Below, in pieces: positions 47,062-57,567 of a stretch of DNA of 64,000 nt. Below the pieces are notes generated by a model that was given only the letters and a program-made list of their open reading frames with translations, was not told where the DNA came from and ran no database searches. Source of the stretch: an uncultured candidate division Zixibacteria bacterium (lineage in GTDB: Bacteria; Zixibacteria; MSB-5A5; RBG-16-43-9). Location of the stretch: the NCBI GenBank assembly GCA_963713865.1, contig OY970208.1:480001-544000 (forward strand), written 5' to 3'. The position numbers were made by a program, and so were the translations under genes. Numbering within the stretch: position 1 is the stretch's first letter; the number at the start of each line of letters is the position of its first letter.

Positions 47062-49424
47062 CTAACCTTTTATTTTTTTCTTCTTATCCAGGGCCAGCCC
47101 TAAAACCTCATCCACTGTTTCCACGAAGACGAATTTTATTTTCTTTTTAATCTCCTCCGGGACTTCCTCTAAATCTTTCTCATTATGCTTGGATAAGATA
47201 ATCGTTTTTATACCAGCTCTATAGGCGGCTAATGTCTTCTCTTTTAACCCTCCGATCGGTAGAACCTGTCCCCGTAGGGTTATCTCACCGCTCATCGCCA
47301 GATAGGGCTTTACTGGCCGTTCAGAAAGAAGTGAAGTAATAGCAGTTGCCATAGTGATTCCAGCCGAAGGTCCATCCTTAGGGATAGAGCCGGCTGGAAC
47401 ATGCACGTGAATATCATATTTCTCAAAGAAATCCTCCGGGATCCCCATCTGTGGGAAGTTGAACGCACATAGGATAATGCAGTTTGAGCAGATTCCTTCA
47501 TCACCTCACCTAAATGACCGGTTAAAGTTAAAGACTTCTTCCCTCTCATTTTGGTAGCTTCCACAAATAAAATCTCTCCACCTGTAGAAGTCCAGGCTAA
47601 ACCTGGCACAACCCCAATCTGTGAAGTCCTTTCTAATACCTCCTGGAAAAATTTCGGAGCACCGAGGTACTCGTGTAGATTATCCGAGGTAAGCTCAACC
47701 TTTTTAACCTCATCTGAGGCAACCTTCTTAGCTACCTTCCTGCAAATAGTGGCAACCTCCCGGTCTAAGTTTCTTAATCCTGATTCTTTGGTATAATCAT
47801 TAATTATCTTTTTAAGCGCCTGGTCCTGAAAAGTAAGATTCTCCTCTTTTAGACCATGATTATCCAACTCCTTTGGTATCAGATATTTTTTGGCTATCTG
47901 CAATTTCTCTAAATCCGTATAGCCAGGAAGCTCTAAGACCTCCATCCTGTCTCTTAACACTGCCGGTATTGGATCCAGGATATTAGCAGTGGTAATGAAC
48001 ATAACCTTGGATAGATCAAATGGGACTTCTAAATAATGGTCTGAAAAGGTATAATTCTGTTCTGGATCTAATACCTCTAACAATGCCGCAGCCGGGTCTC
48101 CTCTGAAATCCTGCCCGATCTTATCCACTTCATCTAACATAAAAACCGGGTTATTAGACCCTGTCCTTCTAATCCCCTGGAGGACTCTTCCGGGTAAAGA
48201 GCCGATGTAAGTTCTTCTGTGTCCGCGAATTTCAGCCTCATCATGCATCCCCCCCAAGGAGATACGGTTGAACTTTCTACCTAAAGCCCGGGCTATGGAC
48301 ATACCCAATGAGGTCTTACCAACACCGGGAGGCCCAACAAAGCAGAGAATAGGACCCTTAAGGTCAGATTTAAGTTTTCTGACTGCTAAGTATTCTAATA
48401 TCCTTTCTTTTACTTTTTCTAAATCGTAATGGTCTTCATCCAGCACTCTTTTAGCTTCTTTTATGTCTAAATTATCCTGAGTCCCTGTGCTCCAGGGAAG
48501 GTTAACCAGCCAGTCCAGATAGGTTCTTGAGACTGTATATTCAGCTGCTGCCGGGTTCATCTTGGAAAGCCTGTCTAATTCCTTTAAAGCTGCCTCCCTG
48601 GCTTCCTGCGGCATTTTAGCTCCCTCAATCTTCTTCTTAAACTCCTCAACTTCCTGGGTTCTCTCATCTGACTCCCCTAATTCCTTTTGTATGGCTTTCA
48701 ACTGCTCCCTTAATATGTAATCTCTCTGCATCTTCCCCATCTCAGTTGCAGCTTGAGATTGAATCTTGCGGGAAAGCTCTAAGACTTCTACCTCTTTATT
48801 AAGATAAAGCGTCAGCTTTTTGAGTCTGTCTTTGACTTCTAAGGTCTCTAAAAGATCCTGCTTCTGAGCTAAGGTAATATTCAGGTTAGAGGAAATCAGA
48901 TCAGAAAGCTTACCCGGATCTTCAGTATTCAAAGCGGAGATCTGCAGATCGTCTGGAAGATAAGGAGCCAAGTTAACTACTCTCTTCAAAAGCTCCAGGA
49001 TAGTTCGGTTCAAAGCTTCCATTTCCACAGACTCTTCTATCAGATCTTCCAGGGGCTCTACCCTGGCAGTGAGGAAAGGATCCTCCTTTATGAATCTTTT
49101 GATCTTGATCCTGGTAAGACCCTGAACCAGAAAACGCACGCTCCCATCTGGAAATCTGAGCATCTTTAAAATCGTGCCAGCAGTCCCTATTTTATGGATA
49201 TCATTCGGGCCAGGATTTTCCAACTCCGGATCCTTCTGAGCAAAAAGCCCGATCACCTTCCCTCCCATCAGGGTATCGTCGATCAGCTTGGCATACCTCT
49301 GGTCAGTTATAACTAAAGGGATGATCAAAGAAGGAAAGACTACTGTTCCTTTCAGGGGCAGTATAGAAAGCTCCTCAGATATCTTTTTTATTTCATCCGC
49401 AATTTTAATCTCTTCTTTAACCAA
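47062..49424 (-). CDS. lon: Lon protease with a 1-bp frameshift at about 47447
   Basis: [15 protein letters not shown] and PGLAWT, then HVHVPAG, KDGPSAG (Ser) and GGLKEK (Lys) in the next frame. Confidence 0.95.
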
Positions 49425-49516
49425 GTTAAACCTCCTCCCTTTTTAGAATGCTTTTCGTGAATGAATTGAATCCATAAGTATACCCTTCATTGCCACAGGA
49501 GAGACGATGGTGCTGA

Positions 49517-50617
49517 TTACACATTAAACCTGAAAAAGATTAAGTCACCATCCTGAACCATATAATCCTTCCCTTCCAGCCTGACTAAACCTTTCTCCTT
49601 TGCCTGGTGTATCGACCCAGCCTCTATTAGTTTATCGTAATTTATCACCTCAGCTTTAATGAACCCTTTCTCCATATCAGTATGCACAGTTCCTGCTGCT
49701 TTTATTCCCCTGGTTCCATAAGGGATAGCCCAAGCTTTTACCTCATTCTGATTGGCAGTGAAAAAGGAGATAAGTCCTAAAAATTTATAAGATGAACTGA
49801 TCATCCTGTCCTTAGCTTGTTCTTTTAACCCTAACTCTTTCAAAAAAGAGGCACGGTCACCCTCCTCTAACTGGGAAAGCTCCATCTCTAATTTCCCACA
49901 GATGGCTGTGACCAGGGTATGTTTATATTTAATTGTTGAGGAAAAATCATTCTCCAGTCTCTCCTTCTCAGGAAGGTCTTCTTCACCTAGATTAAGGATT
50001 ATCAAAATCGGCTTAAGACTCAAAAAACAATAACCTCTCAATAATCTCATCTCCTCCGGTGCAAAATCCAAATCTCTCAAGGGAACACCCTTTTCCAGAC
50101 TCCCCTTGCATTTGATTAATAGATCATATTCTCTTTTCTCCTCCGGAGATTTGGTAGTATGATAACTTTTCTCTAACTTGCTCATCCTTTTTTCTATGGT
50201 CTCTAAATCAAGCAAAGCCAAGTCCAGATCGAAACTCTCCATATCCCTTATAGGATTTATGCTACCCAGGGGGTGGATTATGTTCTCGTCTCGGAAAAGT
50301 CTGTTTACGTAGGCTAAGGCATCCACTCCTCTTAAATGAAAGAAAAGCTCAGCTTCTTTTTCTTTTCCACCCTGGTCAGATTCCTTGGGTTTAATCATCC
50401 CGCCTACGTCGATATATTCTATTTCAGCCGGGGTTACCTTTTTTGGGTCGAACATCTCCGCTATCTTATAAACCCTCAGATCCGGAACCTTTACCACAGC
50501 TCGATTAGGCTCCTTTGAACCAGCAATAAACTCGCCAGTCTTTGCCTTAGCAGAAGTTAAGGCATTAAAAATGGTCGTCTTACCAACAAAGGGCAAGCCT
50601 ACGATACCTATATGCAT
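49517..50617 (-). CDS. ychF: Redox-regulated ATPase YchF
   Basis: GIVGLPxVGKTT, VPDxR, AAGxVHTDMEKGFIKAEV and DGD...FRFNV motifs. Confidence 0.93.
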   Translation of the reverse strand: MHIGIVGLPFVGKTTIFNALTSAKAKTGEFIAGSKEPNRAVVKVPDLRVYKIAEMFDPKKVTPAEIEYIDVGGMIKPKESDQGGKEKEAELFFHLRGVDALAYVNRLFRDENIIHPLGSINPIRDMESFDLDLALLDLETIEKRMSKLEKSYHTTKSPEEKREYDLLIKCKGSLEKGVPLRDLDFAPEEMRLLRGYCFLSLKPILIILNLGEEDLPEKERLENDFSSTIKYKHTLVTAICGKLEMELSQLEEGDRASFLKELGLKEQAKDRMISSSYKFLGLISFFTANQNEVKAWAIPYGTRGIKAAGTVHTDMEKGFIKAEVINYDKLIEAGSIHQAKEKGLVRLEGKDYMVQDGDLIFFRFNV

Positions 50618-50618
50618 A

Positions 50619-51395
50619 TTAAATCTTTATCTCCGCTATACTTTTATAAATGAAATCAGGTCTATATTTTTTGCCCAAACTATTTAAGATCGACCGGTCA
50701 TATTTGCCAGAAAGGACAAAAGCTGTTTCTATTTTTGAGTTTTTGGCACCGACCAGGTCAGAAAGAGGGTCATCGCTGATAAAAAGACAATCCTGTGGTT
50801 TGCTTTTAAGCCTTTTTAAGATATTACGATAGAAATTCATACTCGGTTTACCCATAATATAGCCTTTCTTATCACAGGCATATTCCAAAGCTTTGACTAT
50901 ACTCCCCACCGAAGGTGAAATCTCACCCCTTGAATCCTTATAGACTTTGTTAGAGTGCAGGGCTACCAGAAGGGCATCATTTTCAAACAGGGCTCTGGCA
51001 GCAGTTTTAAGCTTCTGAAAATTTAGCTCTTCATCTAATCCTACAATCACCGCCTGAACCAGACTATCCTCTCTTAGTTCTATCCCCCTTTCTTTAATAT
51101 ATCCTTTTAAAACCTCATTCCCTATCACATAACAGGATTCGATATTTTTCTTTATTAGCCAGAATACTGTTACCATCATACAGGTATCTAAATTTTCCTC
51201 TTTTAATTCAAAACCTTTGCTATTCAGCAAATCTAAAAGCTCTTCTGGAGAATGGGTAGTGTTATTACTGACTAAACTGAACTTCTTCCTTGAGGATTTC
51301 ACCTTTTTCAGCCATTCAATTGCCCCTTCTGTCGGAGCATAGGATTTATCCTTAACAATCGTCCCCTCGATATCGATTAGGAAACAGTTGATCAT
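50619..51395 (-). CDS. HAD subfamily IIA hydrolase
   Basis: DIEGT, SNN, GKPS and SDDPLSDLVGA motifs; the upstream ORF extension is repeat DNA. Confidence 0.85.
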   Translation of the reverse strand: MINCFLIDIEGTIVKDKSYAPTEGAIEWLKKVKSSRKKFSLVSNNTTHSPEELLDLLNSKGFELKEENLDTCMMVTVFWLIKKNIESCYVIGNEVLKGYIKERGIELREDSLVQAVIVGLDEELNFQKLKTAARALFENDALLVALHSNKVYKDSRGEISPSVGSIVKALEYACDKKGYIMGKPSMNFYRNILKRLKSKPQDCLFISDDPLSDLVGAKNSKIETAFVLSGKYDRSILNSLGKKYRPDFIYKSIAEIKI

Positions 51396-51403
51396 AGTAA
51401 CTG

Positions 51404-51768
51404 GTGGAACAGGTATCTTGCCTGTTCGTAGTGCGACCCTTTTCCTCATAACGGAAACTATACCTGACGTAGCCACCGCAGGACAGGGTCGTTTTTTTAC
51501 TTTTGTCATTCTGAAGGAGTTCCTCATTTTGGGGAACGACTGAAGAATCTACCTCGTGTTAGAACTCAAGAGATTCTTCGTCCCGCATACTGCGGGACTC
51601 AGAATGACAGCTATATGTATAGCATAATCAATTTAACACCTTCCAAAATCCTTTGTCAACAACAATTATGGAGTGTCCCGCCTTTGGCAGGATCAATGCT
51701 CATTCCTCTCCATTGAAGGTCGATAAAAGCTTTACGGTGGCTACGCCCTTCGCTCCTCGTAGAGGAGG
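51404..51768. repeat. Mixed REP / family B cluster
   Basis: GGAACAGGTATCTTGCCTGTTC; TGTCATTCTGA..TCAGAATGACA 51504-51609; GTCGATAAAAGCTTTACG element at 51719. Confidence 0.75.
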
Positions 51769-51818
51769 GATAAAGGGAGGGTGTAGTATCGTCACGGAAA
51801 ATGTACTCCATATCAAAT

Positions 51819-51845
51819 AAAAAGGGAGGTCTTTTGACCTCCCTT
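51819..51845 (-). terminator. Intrinsic terminator
   Basis: AAGGGAGGTC-AAAA-GACCTCCCTTTTT on the minus strand. Confidence 0.75.
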
Positions 51846-51866
51846 AAAAAAACTGCAGGGATATAA

Positions 51867-53039
51867 CTATTTTGCCTCTTCAGCTAAAGGTGGAATTTCA
51901 GGCTTAGGCTCCTCTTTTTTCTTTTCCTCCTCCAACCTGGCTTTTTCCTCCTCTTCTTCTTCGGTCTTTTTCTCCAGGAGGTTCTCATCATCTTTTTTCT
52001 TACGGAGGATGATATAGGTCAAAGTCTGTCCTACAGAAAGGGTGGCTAAAGCATAAGAGATGACCACGAAGACGATCAGGATAAAACTAATTCCAATCAG
52101 AAAAGCCGCTATCCCTTTTGACCAGTTCAACCCCATCCCCCAGACTGGCTCTGGCACAAGATAGGCAAAAGAAATTCCCGGGAAAATATTGGAGAAGAAA
52201 TAGAGTATCGACGGAGGCACAGTCAAATATCCTAAAGCTCCTTCGATTATCTCTGAGAGCTTATCTTTCATTAAAATCCCGATTGACCAGTTGACAAACT
52301 GCACGCCCCTGTAGCAAAAGTAGCCAAACACAAAGGCGCCCAATTTTGCCAGAATCCCTGAAAGCCCGGTATAGATAAAATATCTCCAGGGTTGACTCCA
52401 GATAGAGGAAAAAAGCTGAACGATTGTTTCAAAGACATCCTCTTTAGTTGTGGCTGCAATAGCCGGGGTCAGAAGCAAAGAGATAACGAAGATGAAAAGA
52501 GTATAAACGGTGAAGAGTGCCACAATGAAGATCGGAACCGCATAGAAAAGCCCTAAACCTAACTCTCCTACATAGGGTATCTTTCCCAAAAGCCCGATTA
52601 TAATTCCACAGATCAATAAGAATATAACCAGGATTAATATAGAAACCGGTGAGGCAAGAATAGTTTTCCAGTTCTTCTTCAGAAATTTGCAGGAATCCTT
52701 GCTGGAATAAAACTCATCCCCTTTAAGCTGTTCATAAGTAACCTTCCCCACTGCTGCATTGGATAGAAGGAAGCTGGAGATGAAGAAAAGACAACCGATT
52801 ATAAAGATTAGCCAGGGGATAAATCCTGTAAAGGAAAAATCATATAACGGGAAAAGACCGTAACTCCCCCAGACCTCAGAAAAACTCCTCCCGCTTAAAA
52901 GATGGGAGATGTAAGTCAGGATCAAATAGCCCAGATACCCGATCAAAAGCCCTGAGGTCTGCAAAATAAGTTTCTTTCCGGAAAGAGCTAACCGCGGTGC
53001 CCGAAAGATATCCCGGATATCAAAATAGAACTTCTGCAC
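51867..53039 (-). CDS. Hypothetical integral membrane protein
   Basis: About 6-7 TM segments, acidic C-terminal tail, GGAGG RBS. Confidence 0.75.
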   Translation of the reverse strand: MQKFYFDIRDIFRAPRLALSGKKLILQTSGLLIGYLGYLILTYISHLLSGRSFSEVWGSYGLFPLYDFSFTGFIPWLIFIIGCLFFISSFLLSNAAVGKVTYEQLKGDEFYSSKDSCKFLKKNWKTILASPVSILILVIFLLICGIIIGLLGKIPYVGELGLGLFYAVPIFIVALFTVYTLFIFVISLLLTPAIAATTKEDVFETIVQLFSSIWSQPWRYFIYTGLSGILAKLGAFVFGYFCYRGVQFVNWSIGILMKDKLSEIIEGALGYLTVPPSILYFFSNIFPGISFAYLVPEPVWGMGLNWSKGIAAFLIGISFILIVFVVISYALATLSVGQTLTYIILRKKKDDENLLEKKTEEEEEEKARLEEEKKKEEPKPEIPPLAEEAK

Positions 53040-53239
53040 CTTACCTCCTTTTTAAAAGTTAATTAACTAATCTTTCTTTCCATCCAAGATGAAACCTGTT
53101 AAAATATTAAATCATTAATAATTTTTCAGTTTGGATTTGTCAAGAGAAAAAGATAAAAGTTCAATTGACATTAGTAAAATTTAACGTATATTATTTAACC
53201 ATTAAAAGCTTAGTCTATCATAAATTTAAGGAGGTTAAA

Positions 53240-54547
53240 TTGTTCGAGAAGTTGAAAGAAAAAATAGAAAAGAAAAAAGCAGTTGTAGGTGTTATCGGCT
53301 TGGGTTATGTGGGATTGCCCTTAGCGGTGGAGTTTGGAGACCAGGGTTTTATGGTTTTAGGATTTGATATAAATAAAAAGAAAGTTGACTTGATAAACTC
53401 TGGCAGATCAGACATAGATGATATTAAAGATGTGCAGGTAAAAAAGCTGGTCCAAAAAGGGCTTCTCAAAGCCACAATTAATTTTGCTCTTTTGAGAAAA
53501 GCTGACTGTATTTCCATCTGCGTCCCTACCCCTTTAAGTAAAACCAAAGACCCGGATGTCTCCTACATCCTTTCTGCGGTCAATCAGGTGAGAAAATATC
53601 TCCATCCCGGACAATTAGTGGTTTTGGAAAGTACCACTTATCCTGGCACAACTGAAGAGCTTATTCTACCAATTTTAGAGGAAACTGGCTTGAAAGTGGG
53701 CAAGGATTTCTTCTTATCCTTCTCACCAGAAAGGGTTGATCCAGCCAACAAGAACTTCACAGTTAAAAACACACCCAGAGTGGTTGGAGGGATCACTCCT
53801 TTATGCACCCGGATCAGCAAGCTTTTCTATGAACAGATCATAAGTAAAGTCGTTCCGGTCTCGTCCACTCAAAGCGCAGAGATGGTTAAGCTTTTGGAGA
53901 ACACTTTCAGAAGTGTGAATATCGGGCTGGTGAATGAAGTGGCCCTGATGTGCGACCGGCTGAAAATCGATACCTGGGAGATAATCCATGCTGCTGATAC
54001 CAAGCCTTTCGGTTTTATGCCTTTTTATCCGGGACCGGGCTTGGGTGGTCATTGTATACCCATTGACCCTCATTACCTTTCTTGGAAACTGAAATCTCTG
54101 AATTACTATGCCCGTTTCATCGAATTAGCCGGGGAAATTAATTCCCATATGCCGGAATATGTGGTGGAAAGGGTAACCCGGATATTAAATCAGGTCAAGA
54201 AAACCCTTAAGGATTCGAATATCTTAGTCTTAGGAGTGGCTTATAAAAAGAATATAAGGGATGTTCGGGAATCACCAGCCTTAGATGTAATCAAACTTTT
54301 ACAAAATGCCGGGGCTAAGGTTAAATATAATGACCCTCATGTCCCATCTATTCTGATGGATTCTTATGTTATGAAATCAACTAAGCTGACTTCAGCTCTT
54401 CTGAAAAAAACAGATTGTGTGGTTATCGTTACGGATCATTCTGCTTATGATTATGACTGGATAGTGAGAAATTCCAAATTAATCTTCGATACCCGCAATG
54501 CTACTAAGCTGGTAAAGGATAACCGGGTGAGGATTATAAAATTATAA
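53240..54547 (+). CDS. UDP-N-acetylhexosamine dehydrogenase (WbpA/WecC family)
   Basis: GLGYVGLP, ICVPTP, ESTTYPG, GLGGHCIPIDP and DVRESP motifs; promoter TTGACA-N16-TATATT at 53165. Confidence 0.92.
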   Translation: MFEKLKEKIEKKKAVVGVIGLGYVGLPLAVEFGDQGFMVLGFDINKKKVDLINSGRSDIDDIKDVQVKKLVQKGLLKATINFALLRKADCISICVPTPLSKTKDPDVSYILSAVNQVRKYLHPGQLVVLESTTYPGTTEELILPILEETGLKVGKDFFLSFSPERVDPANKNFTVKNTPRVVGGITPLCTRISKLFYEQIISKVVPVSSTQSAEMVKLLENTFRSVNIGLVNEVALMCDRLKIDTWEIIHAADTKPFGFMPFYPGPGLGGHCIPIDPHYLSWKLKSLNYYARFIELAGEINSHMPEYVVERVTRILNQVKKTLKDSNILVLGVAYKKNIRDVRESPALDVIKLLQNAGAKVKYNDPHVPSILMDSYVMKSTKLTSALLKKTDCVVIVTDHSAYDYDWIVRNSKLIFDTRNATKLVKDNRVRIIKL

Positions 54548-54563
54548 GTTTTCCAATCCTTTT

Positions 54564-56177
54564 TTGACCTTCTTTACTTTCTGTCGGATTAGGAATATCT
54601 TAAATTCAGTTGTAGGAGGAGATCTGAAGGTTATTAAAATTTTAATACTTTTTGTATTTTTTATGAAGCTTTTCTGTGAATCGAGTTTCCCAACCACTTT
54701 AGAGAATATTCCATTAGATAGCTGGGTCTATTCGAGTATAGAAGAGTTATATACCCAGGGATTTTTCCCTGAACTACATAGAAATGTAAAACCTTACACC
54801 CGTGGAAATATCGCTTCATACTTAAAAGAAATAAACTCCAGGAAGAAAAAAGGTGATTTAAATTTAACTCAGACACAATCCTGGATTATAGAAAAGCTTA
54901 ATCAGGAGTTTGAATTCGAACTAAGAAGCCTGTCCGTAAATGAAAAAGAGGAACCTAAAAAACTTAAAGCTCTTTTGAATCCTATTTTATATCTGGTCAA
55001 TAATGAGTTCAAGTCTGAATCAAGTGGAGATGACTCCTCTTACATCCGTGGGAAGTTGATTATGGAAGGTGCTTTTCAGTGGAAAAATTTCTTATTCAAA
55101 GATCGGGTTATAATCGACACTAAGGCCGAAAAGGAGAAAAACCTGTTTGGTCAGAGATGGAAAGGCGATTTAACCGGGATCTTCGACCAGGGATACCTAA
55201 AGGGAAATTTCAAATATTTTGAATTCCAATGGGGAAGAGATTATCTCCGCTGGGGACCAGGTTCAAAAGATTTCCTCTTGCTTTCAGGCTTCTCACCCCC
55301 TTTTGACATGTTAAAGCTTTCAAGCGAGATCGGGATTTTCAGATTCGATTTCTTCGCTACCGCCTTAGATGAGCTTTCTTTACCTGATTCCAATCATTCT
55401 TACAAAAGGTATCTTTCCGGGCACAGGATAAATCTGAAGCTAAAATCCGGAGTAGAATTAGGCCTTTCTGAAGTGGTAGTCTATGGTGGAGAGAAAAGAA
55501 AACTGGAGCCATATTATCTTAATCCCCTTTTCATCTTCTATGCTGAACAGTTTAACCATAATATAGACGACAACCTCCTCTGGAGCCTTGATTTTTCCTT
55601 AACCCGCTTTAAAAACAAAGAATTTTACGCTGAGCTTTTGATTGATGATTTCCAGTACGATTTCAAATCTGAACCTCAGCAGATAGGATTCCTTTTAGGT
55701 GCAAAAACATCAGACCTTTTTGGTTTCTCTAAAAGTTACCTGACTTTAGAATATGCCAGGGTTAATACCTGGGTCTATGGACAGAATAAGCCCTGGAATA
55801 TCTATACCTACCGGGAGGTAGGGATAGGGAGCTCTTCAGGTCCGGATGCAGACTATATCTATGCAAATCTGCTTTACCATTTTAACAAAAACTTACAGTT
55901 CTCTTTTTCATTCAAATCTAAAAGAAAAGGAGAAGGGAAAATCGGGGTTCAGCCCTCCCCCGTTCCAAAAAATGTGAAGTTTCCTTCGGGAACAGTTGAA
56001 AGTACCAAGGATTTTATTCTTGAAGGAGTATTCCAGCCGGATCCTCATCTTTTTCTGGAAGGGATAATCGGATATACCCATATAAAAAACTACCTGAATA
56101 TTTCTGAAGAAAAAGAAAATAACCTTTACTTTAAACTAAATTTCAATTATAATCTATGGAAGGAGCTCTGGTTCTAA
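54564..56177 (+). CDS. Capsule assembly Wzi-family outer-membrane protein; start uncertain, possibly near 54624
   Basis: KPYTR, GRDYLRWGPG, LLLSG, HR and SEVVVYGG motifs; beta-strand pattern. Confidence 0.75.
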   Translation: MTFFTFCRIRNILNSVVGGDLKVIKILILFVFFMKLFCESSFPTTLENIPLDSWVYSSIEELYTQGFFPELHRNVKPYTRGNIASYLKEINSRKKKGDLNLTQTQSWIIEKLNQEFEFELRSLSVNEKEEPKKLKALLNPILYLVNNEFKSESSGDDSSYIRGKLIMEGAFQWKNFLFKDRVIIDTKAEKEKNLFGQRWKGDLTGIFDQGYLKGNFKYFEFQWGRDYLRWGPGSKDFLLLSGFSPPFDMLKLSSEIGIFRFDFFATALDELSLPDSNHSYKRYLSGHRINLKLKSGVELGLSEVVVYGGEKRKLEPYYLNPLFIFYAEQFNHNIDDNLLWSLDFSLTRFKNKEFYAELLIDDFQYDFKSEPQQIGFLLGAKTSDLFGFSKSYLTLEYARVNTWVYGQNKPWNIYTYREVGIGSSSGPDADYIYANLLYHFNKNLQFSFSFKSKRKGEGKIGVQPSPVPKNVKFPSGTVESTKDFILEGVFQPDPHLFLEGIIGYTHIKNYLNISEEKENNLYFKLNFNYNLWKELWF

Positions 56178-56178
56178 A

Positions 56179-57030
56179 TTGTCAAGTCTTACCCTTAAAG
56201 CCCCGGCTAAGATAAATCTTTTCCTTAATATATTGAAGAAAAGAGAGGATGGTTATCATGACATCTTTACCTTAATGCAGAAGGTTGCTTTATACGACAC
56301 TCTCACTTTTTTCAAAATAAATGAGGGGATAATATTAAAAACTTATAATACCAGACTCCCCTTAGATCGAAGAAATTTAGCCTATCAAGCAGCTGAGCTG
56401 ATTTTAAAAGAGGGAAAAGTTGCCCAGGGGGTAAAGATAATCCTCAAAAAAAAGATCCCCATCTCCTCCGGTTTAGGAGGTGGCAGTTCAGATTCAGCCA
56501 CCACCCTCCTGGGCTTAAATCGATTACATAATCTGAATTACTCACTTAAGAGACTTCATCCCCTGGCAGAAAAGTTAGGCTCAGACGTCCCCTTCTTTTT
56601 ATATGATCAAACTGCTATAGCTGAAGGAAGAGGAGAGAGAATTACGCCGGTTAAAATCTTCACGGATTACTGGATAGTCTTAGTAACTTTCCCTTTTCAG
56701 GTCTTAACTTCCTGGGCATATCAGGATATTAGATTGAGCTTGACAACTAAAAAAGATTTTATTAATATGAAAAATCTTCAGAAAAAGGAAGATTTTTTGG
56801 AGGCTTTGAATTTTTGGAGAAATGATTTTGAGGGAAAGATCGTTGAAAGATACCCTCAGGTTAGATATGCCCTTAAGCTTTTATCAAAACTTGGAGCAAA
56901 AAAATCCTCCATGACGGGAAGCGGACCCACCGTCTATGGAATCTTTGAGCAAGAACCAGACAAAGAGGAGGTGAACAGGCTCTTCAAAAGTGGAGATTGG
57001 CAGGTTTTTGTAACCCGGCCAATTCCTTAG
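56179..57030 (+). CDS. ispE: 4-diphosphocytidyl-2-C-methyl-D-erythritol kinase
   Basis: APAKINLFL, GYHD, GLGGGSSD, GSDVPFF and MTGSG motifs. Confidence 0.95.
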   Translation: MSSLTLKAPAKINLFLNILKKREDGYHDIFTLMQKVALYDTLTFFKINEGIILKTYNTRLPLDRRNLAYQAAELILKEGKVAQGVKIILKKKIPISSGLGGGSSDSATTLLGLNRLHNLNYSLKRLHPLAEKLGSDVPFFLYDQTAIAEGRGERITPVKIFTDYWIVLVTFPFQVLTSWAYQDIRLSLTTKKDFINMKNLQKKEDFLEALNFWRNDFEGKIVERYPQVRYALKLLSKLGAKKSSMTGSGPTVYGIFEQEPDKEEVNRLFKSGDWQVFVTRPIP

Positions 57031-57112
57031 CACCAAAGGTCCGAGAGGATCAACCAATTTTCCGGGGCTGGTATCCGCCTTAGGAGGATACAGCTCGTAG
57101 AGAGGTGAAAAG

Positions 57113-57379
57113 GTGGAAATCACAGAGGTAAGGATTACCTTAAGAGATGAGGAAAAACTTAAAGCGTTTGCCAATATCACCTTTGATAACTCCTTTGTGA
57201 TCAGAGGTTTGAAAGTTATCAATGGCAACCAGGGCTACTTTGTCTCCATGCCCAGCCGGAAAAGGTCAGACGGTACTCATCAGGATATCGCTCATCCGGT
57301 AAACAATGAGATGAGGAGATTAATCGAAGAAAAAGTGTTACAGGCTTATGAAAGTGAATTGAAGACCCAAGGAGTTTGA
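57113..57379 (+). CDS. spoVG: SpoVG-family protein
   Basis: MEITEVRI, LKAFANITFD, FVSMPSRK and DIAHP motifs. Confidence 0.92.
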   Translation: MEITEVRITLRDEEKLKAFANITFDNSFVIRGLKVINGNQGYFVSMPSRKRSDGTHQDIAHPVNNEMRRLIEEKVLQAYESELKTQGV

Positions 57380-57414
57380 TTTTTCAGTCCTGTCTTGTAG
57401 ATTGTTTTAGGCAT

Positions 57415-57486
57415 TGGGGCGTAGTCAAGTGGAAAGACACGAGACTTTGGATCTCGCATTCCCAGGTTCGAATCCTGGCGCCCCAG
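57415..57486 (+). tRNA. tRNA-Gln(TTG)
   Basis: TGGGGCG/CGCCCCA stem, anticodon loop CTTTGGA, GGTTCGAATCC; ispE-tRNA-Gln-prs synteny. Confidence 0.95.
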
Positions 57487-57567
57487 CAGGGTTAGTGATT
57501 AGTGAAAAGTGATTGGTGATTATGTAGTTCCGTCAGGAATTGCTCCTGTCGGAGGTAAATTTTTAAA

